Counted from the stretch's first letter, positions 40,515 to 54,867 are shown. The stretch is DNA of 64,000 nt from Octopus vulgaris (GCA_951406725.2 OX597836.1:10168001-10232000); one strand, 5' to 3'. Made by a program: numbers and translations. The notes: generated from the letters alone by a model not told the origin.

Positions 40515-40746
40515 CTATTTCTTTACTACCCACAAGGGGCTAAACACAGAGAGGACAAACAAGGACAGACAAAGGGATTAAGTCGATTATATCGACCCCA
40601 GTGCGTAACTGGTACTTAATTTATCGACCCTGAAAGGATGAAAGGCAAAGTCGACCTCGGCGGAATTTGAACTCAGAACGTAACGGCAGACGAAATACCG
40701 CTAAGCATTTCGCCCGGCGTGCTAACGATTGTGCCAGCTCGCCGCC
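40515..40746 (-). mobile_element. SINE-B1, full length
   Basis: Complete copy flanked by caagatatg direct repeats. Confidence 0.9.
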
Positions 40747-41193
40747 CTCGGTCAAGATATGACATGTTACGATAGTGTCCCGACGACTCCATTAAGGGAT
40801 TGAATACCCAACAGAAGGCAGAGCAATTATCAGTTATATTTCCATCATGGAATACAATCAGTGATATTCTAAATAAAACCAATGTGCAGTTTTCTTAGGT
40901 CGTTGTTTGCTTTCTCTTATTTATTGATTTTTGGATCAGTTTCTCTAAAACTCAATACAGATTAGCAATTACAGCGTGGAAGCCACACATTTACCATTCA
41001 AAAGCACACAAAAACTGTTAACTTCACCTACTTGGTGTCAAGATTTTTGTGGGACTAAGTGCAACCTGGTCACTAACATAGTTTCACTGTAACTCCCAAA
41101 TTGTTACAATCCCTAGATGTCACGTTGGTTTATATCCGAAAAGGATCGTCTTTTGTGTTTTTGCTGCATTGTTTTTCATTCAATAGTTTTTTT

Positions 41194-41820
41194 TATTTCT
41201 TTATTGCCCACAAGGGGCTAAACACAGAGGGGATAAACAAAGACAGACAAACGGATTAAGTCGATTAGATCGACTCCAGTGCCTAACTGGTACTTAATTT
41301 ATCGACCCCGAAAGGTTGAAAGGCAAAGTCGACCTCGGCGGAATTTGAACTCAGAATGTAAAGACAGACGAAATACCTATTTCATTACTACCCACAAGGG
41401 GCTAAACACAGAGAGGACAAACAAGGACAGACAAACGGATTAAGTCAATTAGATCGACCCCAGTGCCTAACTGGTACTTAATTTATCGACCCCGAAAGGA
41501 TGAAAAGCAAAGTCGACCTCGGCGGAATTTGAACTCAGAACGTAACGGCAGACGAAATACCTATTTCTTTATTACCCACAAGGGGCTAAACACAGAGGGG
41601 GCAAACAAGGACCGGCAAAGGGATTAAGTCGATTACATCGACCCCAGTGTGTAACTGGTACTTAATTAACCGACCCCGAAAGGATGAAGGGCAAAGTCGA
41701 CCTCGGCGGAATTTGAACTAGGTATAGTAGAAGACGCTCAGGACGTCAAACAGTAGGACTGAACCCGGAACCATGTGGTTGGGGAAGTAAGCTTCTTACC
41801 ACACAGCCACGCCTGCACCT
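41194..41820 (-). mobile_element. SINE-B1 trimer (184-bp period) capped by a SINE-A head
   Basis: Tail ends at 41194, 41378 and 41562. The sequence switches to an A head at about 41720. Confidence 0.9.
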
Positions 41821-42243
41821 AAATGTGTCGTCAACATTATCGCCCCAAATACTGGAAGTCGGACAGATATCCAGGGTATGGTCGCTGTCCTATGTTTGAA
41901 AGCATCAAAACAATACAAGAATATTGCTTGGGGGTACAAATAGTTGGGTAAGAGAGAGAGAGGGGGGTGGAAAGAGCGGGAAGGAGAGGCCTAGTACTGA
42001 ATGGAGGTAGGAACAGCTGACAGGATGTGTTTCCAACCGAGGTTCTGTGTAACTGTGTTTATTTAGTATTTTCAGCTCCACCTGTCCGTTTCGCGGTTGG
42101 TCATATTTTCGCAATCATAACGGTAAAAAAAAAAAAAAACGAAGAGGAACCGAGAAACGGGTGGAAAGGGAGTAAAAAGAAGCGAATTGTGACTAGCATC
42201 CAACCATCAATACATGCACACACTAACATATGAACACACACAT

Positions 42244-42276
<33 letters not shown>

Positions 42277-42354
42277 CACACACACATACATATATGTGCG
42301 TGTGTTTGTATGTGTGCATGTATGTATGTATGTATGCATATGCGTTTATATGTA

Positions 42355-42403
<49 letters not shown>

Positions 42404-42772
42404 ATGTATATATATATATGTATATATAAACTTATGCACGTATGTGTGTGCGTATGTGTTTGTTCATGTGTGTGTGTGTAACTTCATGTATATATATACA
42501 TATACATATATTACATACATATAGATATATCATATATATATATATGTATGTGTATATATATATTATATGCATATTTATATATATATATATATACATACAT
42601 ATACATATACATATGTCATATATATGTATATATATACACAACAAATAGAAAGATGTTTAGATCCATACCCTTACAAATACATACATACATATATACCCAT
42701 ATATATATATACATCCAGGGATACTCGTACATACGCACACATACACAACACACACGTAGTCGCCCGCGCGTG

Positions 42773-42843
<71 letters not shown>

Positions 42844-43306
42844 ACACACACACACACGCACACGCACAACAGTAAACACAAAACACACGGAGCAGCGATA
42901 AACAGAGCAACGCTTCCTTTAACAAACCCGGGAAAATATGAAAGTGCTCGGGTTCAGAGCCTGTGTTTGATGTTCTGAAACCAGACCCACTGTGTGGTTC
43001 AAGAGGAAACTCTTAAAAGGGGCCTTCCTTTTGCTTTTATTATTATTATTATTATTGTTTGTCTTTTATACTGTTTTGTTACAAATAGCTTATTGAATAT
43101 TTTATGTCGAGGGTTATTGAGTGCGTTGGCGGTGTTGATTTCAAATATTATCGTTTCGACAGATATTCGCAGAATCATTTTTTCTTCTTATTTCTTTTTT
43201 TTTTTTTCATTTTGGGTTTCCAAGTTTCCTTCCTTCTTCCTTGTTTTGTCAGAGCATTTAGGCAGGCGCACGCACCACACCTTTAATAACGTATACATAT
43301 CTTGTA

Positions 43307-43666
43307 GTGGAGGCGCAATGGCCCAGTGGTTAGGGCAGCGGACTCGCGGTCGGAGGATCGCGGTTTCGATTCCCAGAGCGAAAACACCTAAAGCTCCACG
43401 AGGCTCCGGCAGGGGGTGGTGGTGAACCCTGCTGTACTCTTTCTCCACAACTTTCTCTCGCTCTTTCTTCCTGTTTCTCTTGTACCTGTATCTCGAAGGG
43501 CCGGCCTTGTCACATTCTGTGTGTCACGCTGAATCTCCTCGAGAACTACGTTAAGGGTACACGTGTCTGTGGAGTGCTCAGCCACTTGCACGTTAATATC
43601 ACGAGCAAGCTGTTCCGTTGATCGTATCAGCTGGGACCCTCATCGTCGCAACCGACGGAGTGCTCC
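43307..43666 (+). mobile_element. SINE-C, long tail form
   Basis: A and B boxes, with a 15-bp TSD tatacatatcttgta. Confidence 0.9.
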
Positions 43667-43754
43667 TATACATATCTTGTATGTTTTAAATGTGTAGACA
43701 CGAGAGAGAAATTGGATAAAATATATACAAATCTCAAATCTCTATTTAAATTTG

Positions 43755-43942
43755 TATATACAAATTTATTTAAAGCAGCAGAAAATTCAACAAAACCTGT
43801 TACTCCGAGTTTCCCGTTGCCGTTCATCGGACAGTTTTTGCTAGAATGGAACCGATATGTTCCATTCTACCCAGACTATGAACGGCAACGGGAAACTCAG
43901 AGTAACAGGTTTTGTTGAATTTTCTGCTGCTTTAAATAAATT

Positions 43943-43950
<8 letters not shown>
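43755..43950. repeat. Fold-back inverted repeat (73-bp arms plus inner 11-bp palindrome)
   Basis: 43755-43827 is the reverse complement of 43878-43950 (1 mismatch seen). The inner segment is tagaatggaac-cgatat-gttccattcta. Confidence 0.9.
43792..43839 (-). ncRNA. Type I hammerhead ribozyme-like motif (U4C core variant)
   Basis: aaaaactgt-CCGATGA-acggcaacgg-GAAA-ctcggag-TA-acaggtttt: stems I, II and III can all pair. Confidence 0.6.
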
Positions 43951-43977
<27 letters not shown>

Positions 43978-44141
43978 GGTAAAAGAGATTTCCATAACTT
44001 CAAGTATATATGTACATGTATATGCATGCATGTATGTATGTATACATGTATATATGTATTTATGTATGTATGGATGGATGTATGTATATATGTATTTATG
44101 TATGTATGTATATATATATATATATATATATATGTACATGC

Positions 44142-44173
<32 letters not shown>

Positions 44174-44210
44174 GTGTGTCTGTGTGTATTTAAATGTAAA
44201 TATATGACTG

Positions 44211-44266
<56 letters not shown>

Positions 44267-45013
44267 TATACATCATAAATATATACTGTTATGCATGATT
44301 ATATATACACACACACATAAATGTGAGTACGTGTGTGTGTGTGTGAGTGAGTAGCAATGCATTGAAAGATTTATGAATTTCCATCCAGTTCTTGTTCTTA
44401 CTATATGCGTATGTATGTATGTATCCATGTATGTATGTATGTATGTATGTATGTATGTATGTATGTATGTGTGTGTGTATGTATGTACGTATGTATGTAT
44501 GTATGTATGTGTATAAACACGTTTTGATGCGGCGGTTTTGATATTTCTGTAAATATAAGAATGAGTGATTAAATACGAAGTTGTGTTTGTTTTGATTCTC
44601 TTGTGGGGATTGGTACACATTTTTGGTGAATGGGTCTACCATGAATCCAGGTTAGTATCCGGGTGGATGTTATTTGGAATTTGTGGACCCTACCCAGTGG
44701 GACGTCGTCCAATAAAGGAGCGCCTCGATTCGCCATTTTGCACAGTTCTCACGTGACACGAAGTCACCGATGTCTTCGTCGCTTTGCAACCAATGAGGAT
44801 CTCCGAACCCATTCGGAATAACGTCCACACGGATACAGGTGGCAAAAAGAGAAAATTGCTAGGGGTTTCGAAAATTAGTATTCCTGTTATTTATTCAATT
44901 TATCGAATGATCATGAGTGGTTGCATATTCCAAGGACATCTGAACTCATATGGTAATCTTCTTGCCGAATCAGTATGACACAGTATACAACAAGACTGGA
45001 ATTTGAAGTAAGG

Positions 45014-45671
45014 CAGTGGTTCTTAATCGGGGTCCGTATGACCCTTGATGGTACATATAAATCTTGGGGGTCCATGTAAAGTTTTGTTCTCAAAATCTAT
45101 CGCCAATAAATTGGTCATACTTCAGCAATACACGAAATATTTTAGGAGTGGCTGTGTGGTAAGCAGCTTGCTTACCAGCCACATAGTTCCGGGTTCAGTC
45201 CCACTGCGTGGCACCTTGGGCAAGTGTCTTCTTCTATAGCCTCGGGCCGACCAAAGCCTTGTGAGTGGATCTGGTAGACGGAAACTGAAAGAAGCCTGTC
45301 GTATATATGTGTATATATATATATGTGTGTGTTTTATGTGTCTGTGTTTGTCCTCCCAACATCGGTTGACAACCGATGCTGGTGTGTTTACGTCCCCGTA
45401 ACCCAGCGGTTCGGCAAATGAGACCGATAGAATAAGTACTAGGCTTACAAAGAATAGGTCCTGGGGTCGATTTGCTCGACTAAAAGGCGGTGCTCCAGCA
45501 TGGCCACAGTCAAATGACTGAAACAAGTAAAAGAATAAAAGAGTATAATTCCTAATAGTATTTAATAAAAATATAATTAGGATTTTTTAAACATCAAATG
45601 GTCAGGAGGGTCTACCTGAGAAAAATAGGAATCAAAGGTGTCCACAGGTAAAAAATTGCTGAGAACCTCTG
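45014..45671. mobile_element. hAT-type MITE with nested SINE-A (plus, 45144-45544)
   Basis: Ends cagtggttcttaa and tgagaacctctg. Colinear with 57481-57751 once the SINE is removed. Confidence 0.75.
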
Positions 45672-47424
45672 AAGTACAATACAATCGGATGGGTTTCTCA
45701 ATTTCACTCACAAAAATATTTCATGACAGGTTTCGATAATTTTCTCATCTGAACATTTAGAAGGATTTGAAATCTGAAATCATTCATACAAACTGTCGAA
45801 ATACACGTTTTATCTTCTTTAATTATCTTCTTTTACTTGTTTCAATCATTAAACTGCGACCATGCTGGGGCACCGACTTGAAAATGTTTTGTCGAGCAAA
45901 CTGACCTCAGTATTTAATATTTTAAAAGTCTGGTAACTTTTTTACATCTGACAACCGATGCTGGTTTGTTTACGTTCCCGCTAATTTACGGGAACGTAAA
46001 CAAACCAGCATCGGTTGTCAGATGTCGGTGGAAAGGAGAGACAAACACGAAGACAAAGACACGCACGCGCACACAAAGGAGTTTTTTAACCAATATTTAC
46101 AAGCTGTTGCTTATAGCTATATCTGCTTCGAGATTCATCGTCCTTTAAAAGAATTTTATCTATCTATACGACGGGCTTCTTCATATTTTTTGTCTACCAA
46201 ATCCACTTATAAGGACTTTATCAATCCGAGGGTTGTAGTAGAAAATTTTCCCAAGTGCCGCTGTCTGAAACTGAACCCGAAACCGCGTGGTTGCAAAGCG
46301 AGCTTCTTAAACACATAGTATGTCTACGCTTAACGCTTCCTGAGCTCCCATACTTCTTAGGTTGTTAGCTGTATCTACCTTACTGTTCGTATTTATAGCT
46401 TTTTAAGATTATTGGAGAGGAGAGGCAGAGAGAAGGAGAGAGAGAGAAAAGGAGAGAGAGAGAAAAGGAGAGAGAGAGAAGGAGAAAGGTTGACCTTGTA
46501 GCTTAACATTTTTATATGAAATGAATAAATCAGTTTTATTATTATTTATTTTTTATGTATGGAAACCAAATGAATCGGGCGAACAGAATCAGTTATGCAA
46601 AACAGCCGACTTTATTAATGTAATAAATATGTGATGGCCAAGTTTATTTGAGTTTTTTTTTAAATCTGGTTTAAATCTTGATACGTTTTTAAATACTTTC
46701 TTTACAACGTTCCTTTATATTGCCATTTATTCTACATCTCCACATCTCAACATCTCTGCAAAGAACATCCATTATTATATGATGATATTATTCCTGGAGA
46801 ATGAATATTTATGTAAAGTACGTGAAATAAAATATACGATACTATTTTAATTTATATTTATTTATTTATATATATTTTTGTATTTGAACGCTGTAAAATG
46901 TTTCATTGATTGATTGATTGATTTTATTTCATTCCGCGGCATGTTTAATTTCTATCCATTTTTAATTTTCCGCCATACTTCATTTGACCACCATATATTA
47001 TTTTTTCCCTCCTTTTTCCGCCATAGTTAAATTTACCGTTAGCGCTCGAATCAGTAAAGGTACATTTTACAACTCGGTTATTGATCTATGATGTAGTTTT
47101 AATAGAATATCGGGATGTATATTTTTAAATTTAAATTAAAAACAAAACAACAACAATAATAGTAATAATAATAATAATAATGATAAATAAAATCGTTAAT
47201 ATAACATTTGCATCATTTCTATCTGACATGGCAAACGCAAAAAGGATATATATATAAAAAAAGGGAAGATAACTATTTCTGCATGAGCGCAGAGGCAAAA
47301 GAAATTGCCATCTTGGAACTATTAAAACGAAACGTTTGGGGGAAAAATCGATATTATTTTTACATCAAAAGAAATCCAAATATAAAAACTAAAACCGGAG
47401 AGAAGCAAAATTGAGTATTTTATA

Positions 47425-47529
47425 TGTTTATTATGTAGCCGCCATTAAACCTTCTCTCCTTGTCTCTTTCTCTCCGTATGTATTGTGTGTGTATATATAT
47501 ATATATGTATATGTATGTATATATATATA

Positions 47530-47562
<33 letters not shown>

Positions 47563-47678
47563 TGTATTTATGTATGTATGTGTGTTTATTATGTAGCTGC
47601 CATTAAACCTTCTCTCCTTGTCTCAGTATCTCTTTCTCTTTGCATGTATTGTGTATATGTGTGGTGTGTGTGTGTGTG

Positions 47679-47716
<38 letters not shown>

Positions 47717-47790
47717 TATATATGTCTGTATGTATGTTTATCATGTAGCCGCCATTACACCCTCTCTTCCTATCTCTAAGTCTCTCGCTC
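47425..47790. repeat. Three-unit local repeat separated by microsatellites
   Basis: tgtttat.atgtagc.gccatta.acc.tct recurs near 47425, 47583 and 47735. Confidence 0.85.
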
Positions 47791-47820
47791 CCCCTGTATC
47801 TATCGTGTGTGTGTGTGTGC

Positions 47821-47876
<56 letters not shown>

Positions 47877-48061
47877 ATTGTATCTGGAAATGGAGAAAAT
47901 TTACTCAATATAGAGTTTATGTGTCTATTTTAGAACTTTGTGGAATGGTAACAGTTTCACATTTCGTTCCGATTGCCCGTCCGAATACATACATACATAC
48001 ATACATACATACATACATACATACATACATACATACATACATACATACATACATACATACA

Positions 48062-48092
<31 letters not shown>

Positions 48093-48262
48093 TCACGTAT
48101 GTACGTACATGCGTACGTACATATACACTTACGTACGTACGTCATACACACATATATAAATACATACAACATGCATGCGTGCATATATACATATTATATA
48201 ATGTTGCATATTACATGTGTGTGCGTGGTGTGTGTGTGTGTGTGTGTGATGTGAGTGTACAT

Positions 48263-48312
<50 letters not shown>

Positions 48313-48853
48313 ATTATATATCAGATATATATTTCATGTGTGTGTATGCTCTGTCAAAATGTGTGAGACATGAGAAAGAGAAAGAGAGAAAAGGAGAGGG
48401 GGAAGAAAGAGGGAGACAGAGAGGGAGAAAGTGAGAGAGAGGAGAGAGAGAGAGAGAGGGGAGTGAGAGAGTGGGAAAGAGAGAGAGAGAGAGATGATTG
48501 CTTATTTTTTTGTGCCTTTTATAAGAAATGATATCGAGCTTTCGATTAATATGAATCTTTGGAACAAGAAAAATTAAATACAGAGAAATAATTCATTCAA
48601 GTGTTGCCTGAATATAGAACGACGATGAATTCGTGATTCGGTTGAGCCGCAGAGATTACGTGTGTTGCATCACCGGCGAAACGGAAATAAGCGAAATGGC
48701 GCGGAAAACGGAACTCGAGTCTTTAAAAAATTTATAATTGAAAATACCCATCTTAGATTGGTGTTTTATGAAAAATCATACTATGTGGGATGCGTATAAT
48801 GGTAGTCTATGCAGATCAGGCATAACCGAAATACGGTGATATGCTAATATACA

Positions 48854-48918
<65 letters not shown>

Positions 48919-49046
48919 ATGCATACACACACATACATATATATGCACATACATACATCCATATATAAATACACAAACACAAACATCTATGTGTGTGCTT
49001 ATGCACAGTATCCTATGCATATTTTATATAACGGTAATATATATAT

Positions 49047-49177
<131 letters not shown>

Positions 49178-49358
49178 TATATACATACACACACACAAAA
49201 AAAAATATATATATAGGTGTATATATTCATGTATATACGTCCATATACAGATATGTATATATATATATATATATACATACATGTAGATATATATATTCAT
49301 ATATATATGTCCCTATGTGTATATATATAGCAGATATATATCATATATATATATGTAT

Positions 49359-49421
<63 letters not shown>

Positions 49422-49455
49422 TATATATATAATATATATATATATATATATGTAT

Positions 49456-49557
<102 letters not shown>

Positions 49558-49995
49558 ATATATGTCTATGTACGTGCGCGCGCTTGTGTGTTTATTCATG
49601 GCTATAGTCACAACGATGACATTCTACACACTTGTAAGTTTGCAAGCAAAAGTACATTTGGGCATCTATATATATTATCACTCACGTGCACACATGAACG
49701 AGCACCAGCAATCAATGCATATTTATCTACTACACATGCATCTACCTTTTTTCGTTGTATACAGACTCGTCCATCCATCCATCCATGCTTGTATCCTTCC
49801 ATCCATCCATCCACTGACACACACACACACACACATGCGCGCGCGCGCACATGCACATCCTGTAATGTATTTATACCTGATTGAGTATATTCATACATAT
49901 ATGCATGTATGCTCACATTCATCACAGAAACATATACTAACCATGCATGTGTGTGTGTGTGTATGTGCATGTATGTATGTATATGTATATATATT

Positions 49996-50062
<67 letters not shown>

Positions 50063-50458
50063 TTGTATAATATATATATTATATATATATATATGTAATA
50101 TATATATATTATATATATATATATATGTAATATATATATATTATATATATATATATATATATACACGCTATGTATATATTATATATATATATATACTATG
50201 TATATATTATATGTATTATATACACATTATATATATATATATACACGCTATGTATATTATATATATATATATATATAATATGTATATATTATGTATTATA
50301 TATATATTATATATATATATATATGCATATATATATACATGCTATGTATATATTATATATATATATATATACTATGTATATATAATATATATATATATAG
50401 ATATATACGAAACAAATTAGAAGATAAAACCATTATATATATATGTGTGTATTATATG

Positions 50459-50495
<37 letters not shown>

Positions 50496-51122
50496 GTGTT
50501 ATACGCTCATGCATAAATACATATACACGCTCGTAAACTTACATTCCTACATCAAGCATACATATGTATGCACATGCATTCACACGACCGCCTTGAGAAA
50601 AACCTGAAATCATCTACTGCGAAGAACTTTAACAAATTCTCAAAGAAGACGCACAAATACATAAACACACATACATAGAGGTACATAGATATACATACAT
50701 ACTTTTGCATACACATACAAACATACATCTGTCTAATCTGTGTTTTTGTATCAAAAGAAAACACTGAAATTTGTTTGTATTTTTCCTCGTCCACGACTCA
50801 TTTATAAGAAATGCTTTTATTGTAAAGAGGTTGGCTATAAAAGGGACTTCACTCCTCCCTAACCCATCGTGCAGCCCCTAAATGCCGTTTAGATCCTCGT
50901 ATAAACTCCCATCTTTATCGTGTTCATTCATGTGGAACAATAAACTCTTCCCAATAACAATATTTCAACCGAGAACTGTGTTAACCAATATTTCTTACTC
51001 TATATGCATATATATATATATATATATATAGATATAGATATATGCATAAATACATACATGTTTATATATATACATATATATATATGTATGTATATATGAT
51101 ATAAATATGATATACATGTATG

Positions 51123-51186
<64 letters not shown>

Positions 51187-51645
51187 CTTTTACTTATATA
51201 CAAAATTCTACACATGGGAATTCATACGACTATGCAAACAAAAAAAAATATTCGTGAGTGATTGAAGGCCAGTTTAGCTGTTACTTTTAGCACATCTCAT
51301 ACGGCATATGTTTTAAGCATTTAATAGGCGAAAAAAGAACACTTATAAGCAGCTTGGTAACAGTTTGGCTTATTACTATGGAAACAAACACCTATATGTC
51401 TGTGGCTTTCGATTGGCTAAAATCACCCAAAATTTGCAAACTTTAAAAGCTATTAAATTCTTTATTGATTTTTTGCGAAAATTAATTTCATGCCAATAAT
51501 TAATATACTAAACTACATCAATACACCAAATATGAAATCAGTTGGAACAAAACGTGAAGAAACTGAAAAGTGGCAATCAAATAAAATAGGCCCCACCATC
51601 AACAACATCTCTATCATAAATTGGCTCTTATTATATGTAATATCG

Positions 51646-52020
51646 TGGCACTCCGTCGGTTGCGACGACGAAGGTTCCAGATGATCCGCTCAATGGAACA
51701 GCCTGCTCGTGAAATTAACGTGCAAGTGGCTGAGCATTCCACAGACATATGTACCCTTAATGTAGTTCTCGGTGAGTTTCGGCGTGACACAGAGTGTGAC
51801 AAGGCTGGCTCTTTGAAATACAAGTACAACAGAAACAGGTAAAGTGAGAGAAAGTTGTGGTGAAAGAGTACAGCAGGGTCCCCCCTCCTTCTGCCGGAGC
51901 CTCGTGGAGCTTTAGGTGTTTACGTTCAATAAACATTCATAACGTTCGGTCTGGAAATCGAAACCGCGATCCTACGACCACGAGTCCGCTGCCCTAACTA
52001 CTGGGCCATTGCGCCTACAC
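51646..52020 (-). mobile_element. SINE-C, long tail form
   Basis: Reverse complement aligns with 43307-43666. Confidence 0.9.
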
Positions 52021-53409
52021 ATATACAATAAAATGTGTTGAAAAACGGCGTTACAATGGCATTATCCATGCAATTAGGAGGTAAAATCTTCTTCTAGGAG
52101 TATTTAAAATGTAAGTAAGAAAGTAAAACTCGCTCACTCTGTTCACCTATTATTGCCCTCTGCTCCATATACCACACCACTTTCAACAGTAGCAGCACCA
52201 CCACCACCACCACCACCACACACTACAACCATCATCACCATCACTACAACCATCATCACCATCAACAAGTGCTCCACCACCACAGCCGCCATCACCACTA
52301 CCATCATCACCACCACCACCCTACCACCACCACTACCACCACCACCACTACCACCACCACCACCACCACCACTACCACCACCACCACCACCACCACCACT
52401 ACTACCATCACCACCACTACTACTACCACCGCCACCACCACTACAACCACTACTACCACCCCACTACTACTAACTCCACTACCACTACCACCACTACTAC
52501 CACCATCACCACCACCACTACTACTACCACCACCACCGCTACTACCACACCACCACTACTACCACCACCACCACTACCTTCATCACCATCAACAATAACA
52601 CCACAATTGCCCCCGCTACCACCACAACCACCACCATCATCTTTGTGTCCTCTCCATCTCTCATCTCTACTCCGGGACCAACTCTACCCCCCGCCTCCAC
52701 TATCCATTTTCCCACCCCATTCCACCTCCCCACGTCTCTGTCTCCGTCAGCACCACCCTTACCGACATCGCCCCCACCCTGTCTCTACAACCCAATCTGG
52801 ACCCCCCTCTCCACCTCTCTTTCTCTTTGTTTTCCCCCCCTCAACACCACCACCGCCGCCACCACTACTTACCCTCTACACCATTCCACCCCCCGTCTCC
52901 CAGTTCGGTGCTAATCATTTATTTACCATTTATTTGGCAATTTCCTATTTTGCGTGCTCGCCGTGTGTATGTATGTGTGCTTGCATGTGTGTGTGTTTGT
53001 GCATGTCTGTGTGTGCGTGTGCGTGCGTAAGTGTGTGTGTCAGTGTGTGTGTGTGTGTGTGCTTACGTGTCGGTGAAGGTGGTGGTGGTGGTGATGGGGG
53101 GTGATGGGGGAGGCAAACAGACAGAGCAGCCGTCATCTGTTATCAACGTCTGTTGAGGCGGCGAGCATGGCGTCCGCAGAGTTGATTCTGGTGGTGGCAG
53201 TAGTAGTAGTAGTAGTGGTAGTGATGGTGGTGGTGGTGGTGGTGGTGGTAGTAGTAGCTGGCATGGTGGTGATACTTATTTTTGAAGCCTTGTACTTTAT
53301 TCTATCGTTCTCATTTGCCGAACCACTAATTTACAGGGATAGAAACAAAGCAACACCGGTTGTCAAGCGGTGGTGGAAGACAAACTCACACACGCACGCA
53401 CATATACAG

Positions 53410-53805
53410 TCTTTTATTCTTTTATTGCTTCAGTCATTTGACTGCGGCCATGCTGGAGCATCGCCCGCAGGGTTTTTAGTCGAACAAATCGATCCCGGGG
53501 CTTATTTTTCAAGCCTAGTGCTTATCGTGTCGGTCTATTTCGCCGAACTATTAGGTGCCGGGGACGTAAGCAAACAAACACCGGTTGCCAAGCAATGATG
53601 GGGGGGGGGGCGGCAAAACAGACACAAACACACACATATATATGTATACGACAGGCTTCTTTCAGTTTCCGTCTACCAAATCCACCTACAAGGATTTGGT
53701 CGGCACGAGGCTAAAATAGAAGAAACTTGTCCAAGGTGTCATGCAGTGGGACTGAACCCGGAACCATGTGGTTGGGTAGCAAGCTTCTTACCACACAGCC
53801 ACTCC
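53410..53805 (-). mobile_element. SINE-A (diverged), preceded by a partial A copy at 53273-53400
   Basis: Family blocks are recognisable. Confidence 0.8.
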
Positions 53806-53877
53806 AATATATGCAAACTACCGGCTTCGATTACTTTTTTGTATTTTATTTATTGCTATTAAATATTGAAAAGCTCC

Positions 53878-53996
53878 GCTTACGGCCATATCACGTTGAA
53901 AGCACCGGTTCTCGTCCGATCACCGAAGTTAAGCAACGTCGAGCCTAGTTAGTACTTAGATGGGTGACCGCTTGGGAAACCTAGGTGCTGTAGGCG
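53878..53996 (+). rRNA. Full-length 5S rRNA sequence (dispersed copy; gene, pseudogene or SINE head)
   Basis: GCTTACGGCCATATCACG...CGATC..CGAAGTTAAGC...TTAGTACTT.GATGGGTGACCGCTTGGGAA..CTAGGTGCTGTAGGC, about 119 nt. Internal A/IE/C boxes are present, and the terminal helix and the CCTAG/CTAGG helix pair. Confidence 0.93.
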
Positions 53997-54233
53997 TCAC
54001 ACATTTTAACGGCGGTGCATCAGCATGGCCGCAGCTCTGAGCTGAAACTAGAGAGAAAGACTTTCAATATTCAATAGCGTTGTTTTAGAAAAACACTATA
54101 GAAAATGTATTTAAAAAAATAATTTAAATCCAAATTTCTTCGTGACTTTTGGTCCACCCTGGAAACAACGTTTGGAGACAGTAAAAAAGAGAATATTTTC
54201 TTTTACTAGTTTCAGTCATTCGACTGCAGCCAT

Positions 54234-54484
54234 ATGAAAGGTAAGAGAGTCCAGTTTGCTGGACATTGTTGTAGAGCTGAAAAAGAGGTAATTTCTACTC
54301 TTCTCTTGAAGCGATCTACTCGCAATACCAGAGGGCGCACACTCTCCTACCCTGATGTAATCTCCAGGGATACATGCATCCAGCAACAGGACCTCCGTAA
54401 TGCCATGATGGACCGTGAAGTCTGGCGTAGCATGGTAAATTCCATTGTCTCGACCACGTTCGAACAATGATGATGATGATGATG
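54234..54484 (+). mobile_element. RTE-like LINE extreme 3' fragment inserted into a SINE-A tail (host SINE 54198-54650, minus)
   Basis: RVQFAGHCCR...RGRTLSYPD...AMMDREVWRSMV* matches the GH.xR...RGR...DRxxWR C-terminal pattern of RTE ORFs. (TGA)n tail. It splits cagccat|g.tggagcacc. Confidence 0.8.
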
Positions 54485-54829
54485 GAGCACCGCTTTGAAG
54501 GATTTTAGTCGAATAAATCGGCTCCAGGACTTATTCTTTGTAAGCTTAGTACTTATTCTATCGGGTTTTTATGCCGAACCGCTAAGTTACGGGGACGTAA
54601 ACACACCAACACCGGTTGTCAAGCGGTGATGGGGGTACAATTACAGACACACAGACACACATATTCATATAAGCACATCGAGAACTTCCTATATGAATGG
54701 ACCATGATACCACAAAATTTGGTTTTAAAAAGGATTAAGCAAATCCTATCAGGTGGTCTTATTAAGTTGGACATGGCCAGGACCAGTCTTTGGTCGAAAC
54801 ATATTTAAGTTATCTGAACAAAGCCCGCC

Positions 54830-54867
<38 letters not shown>

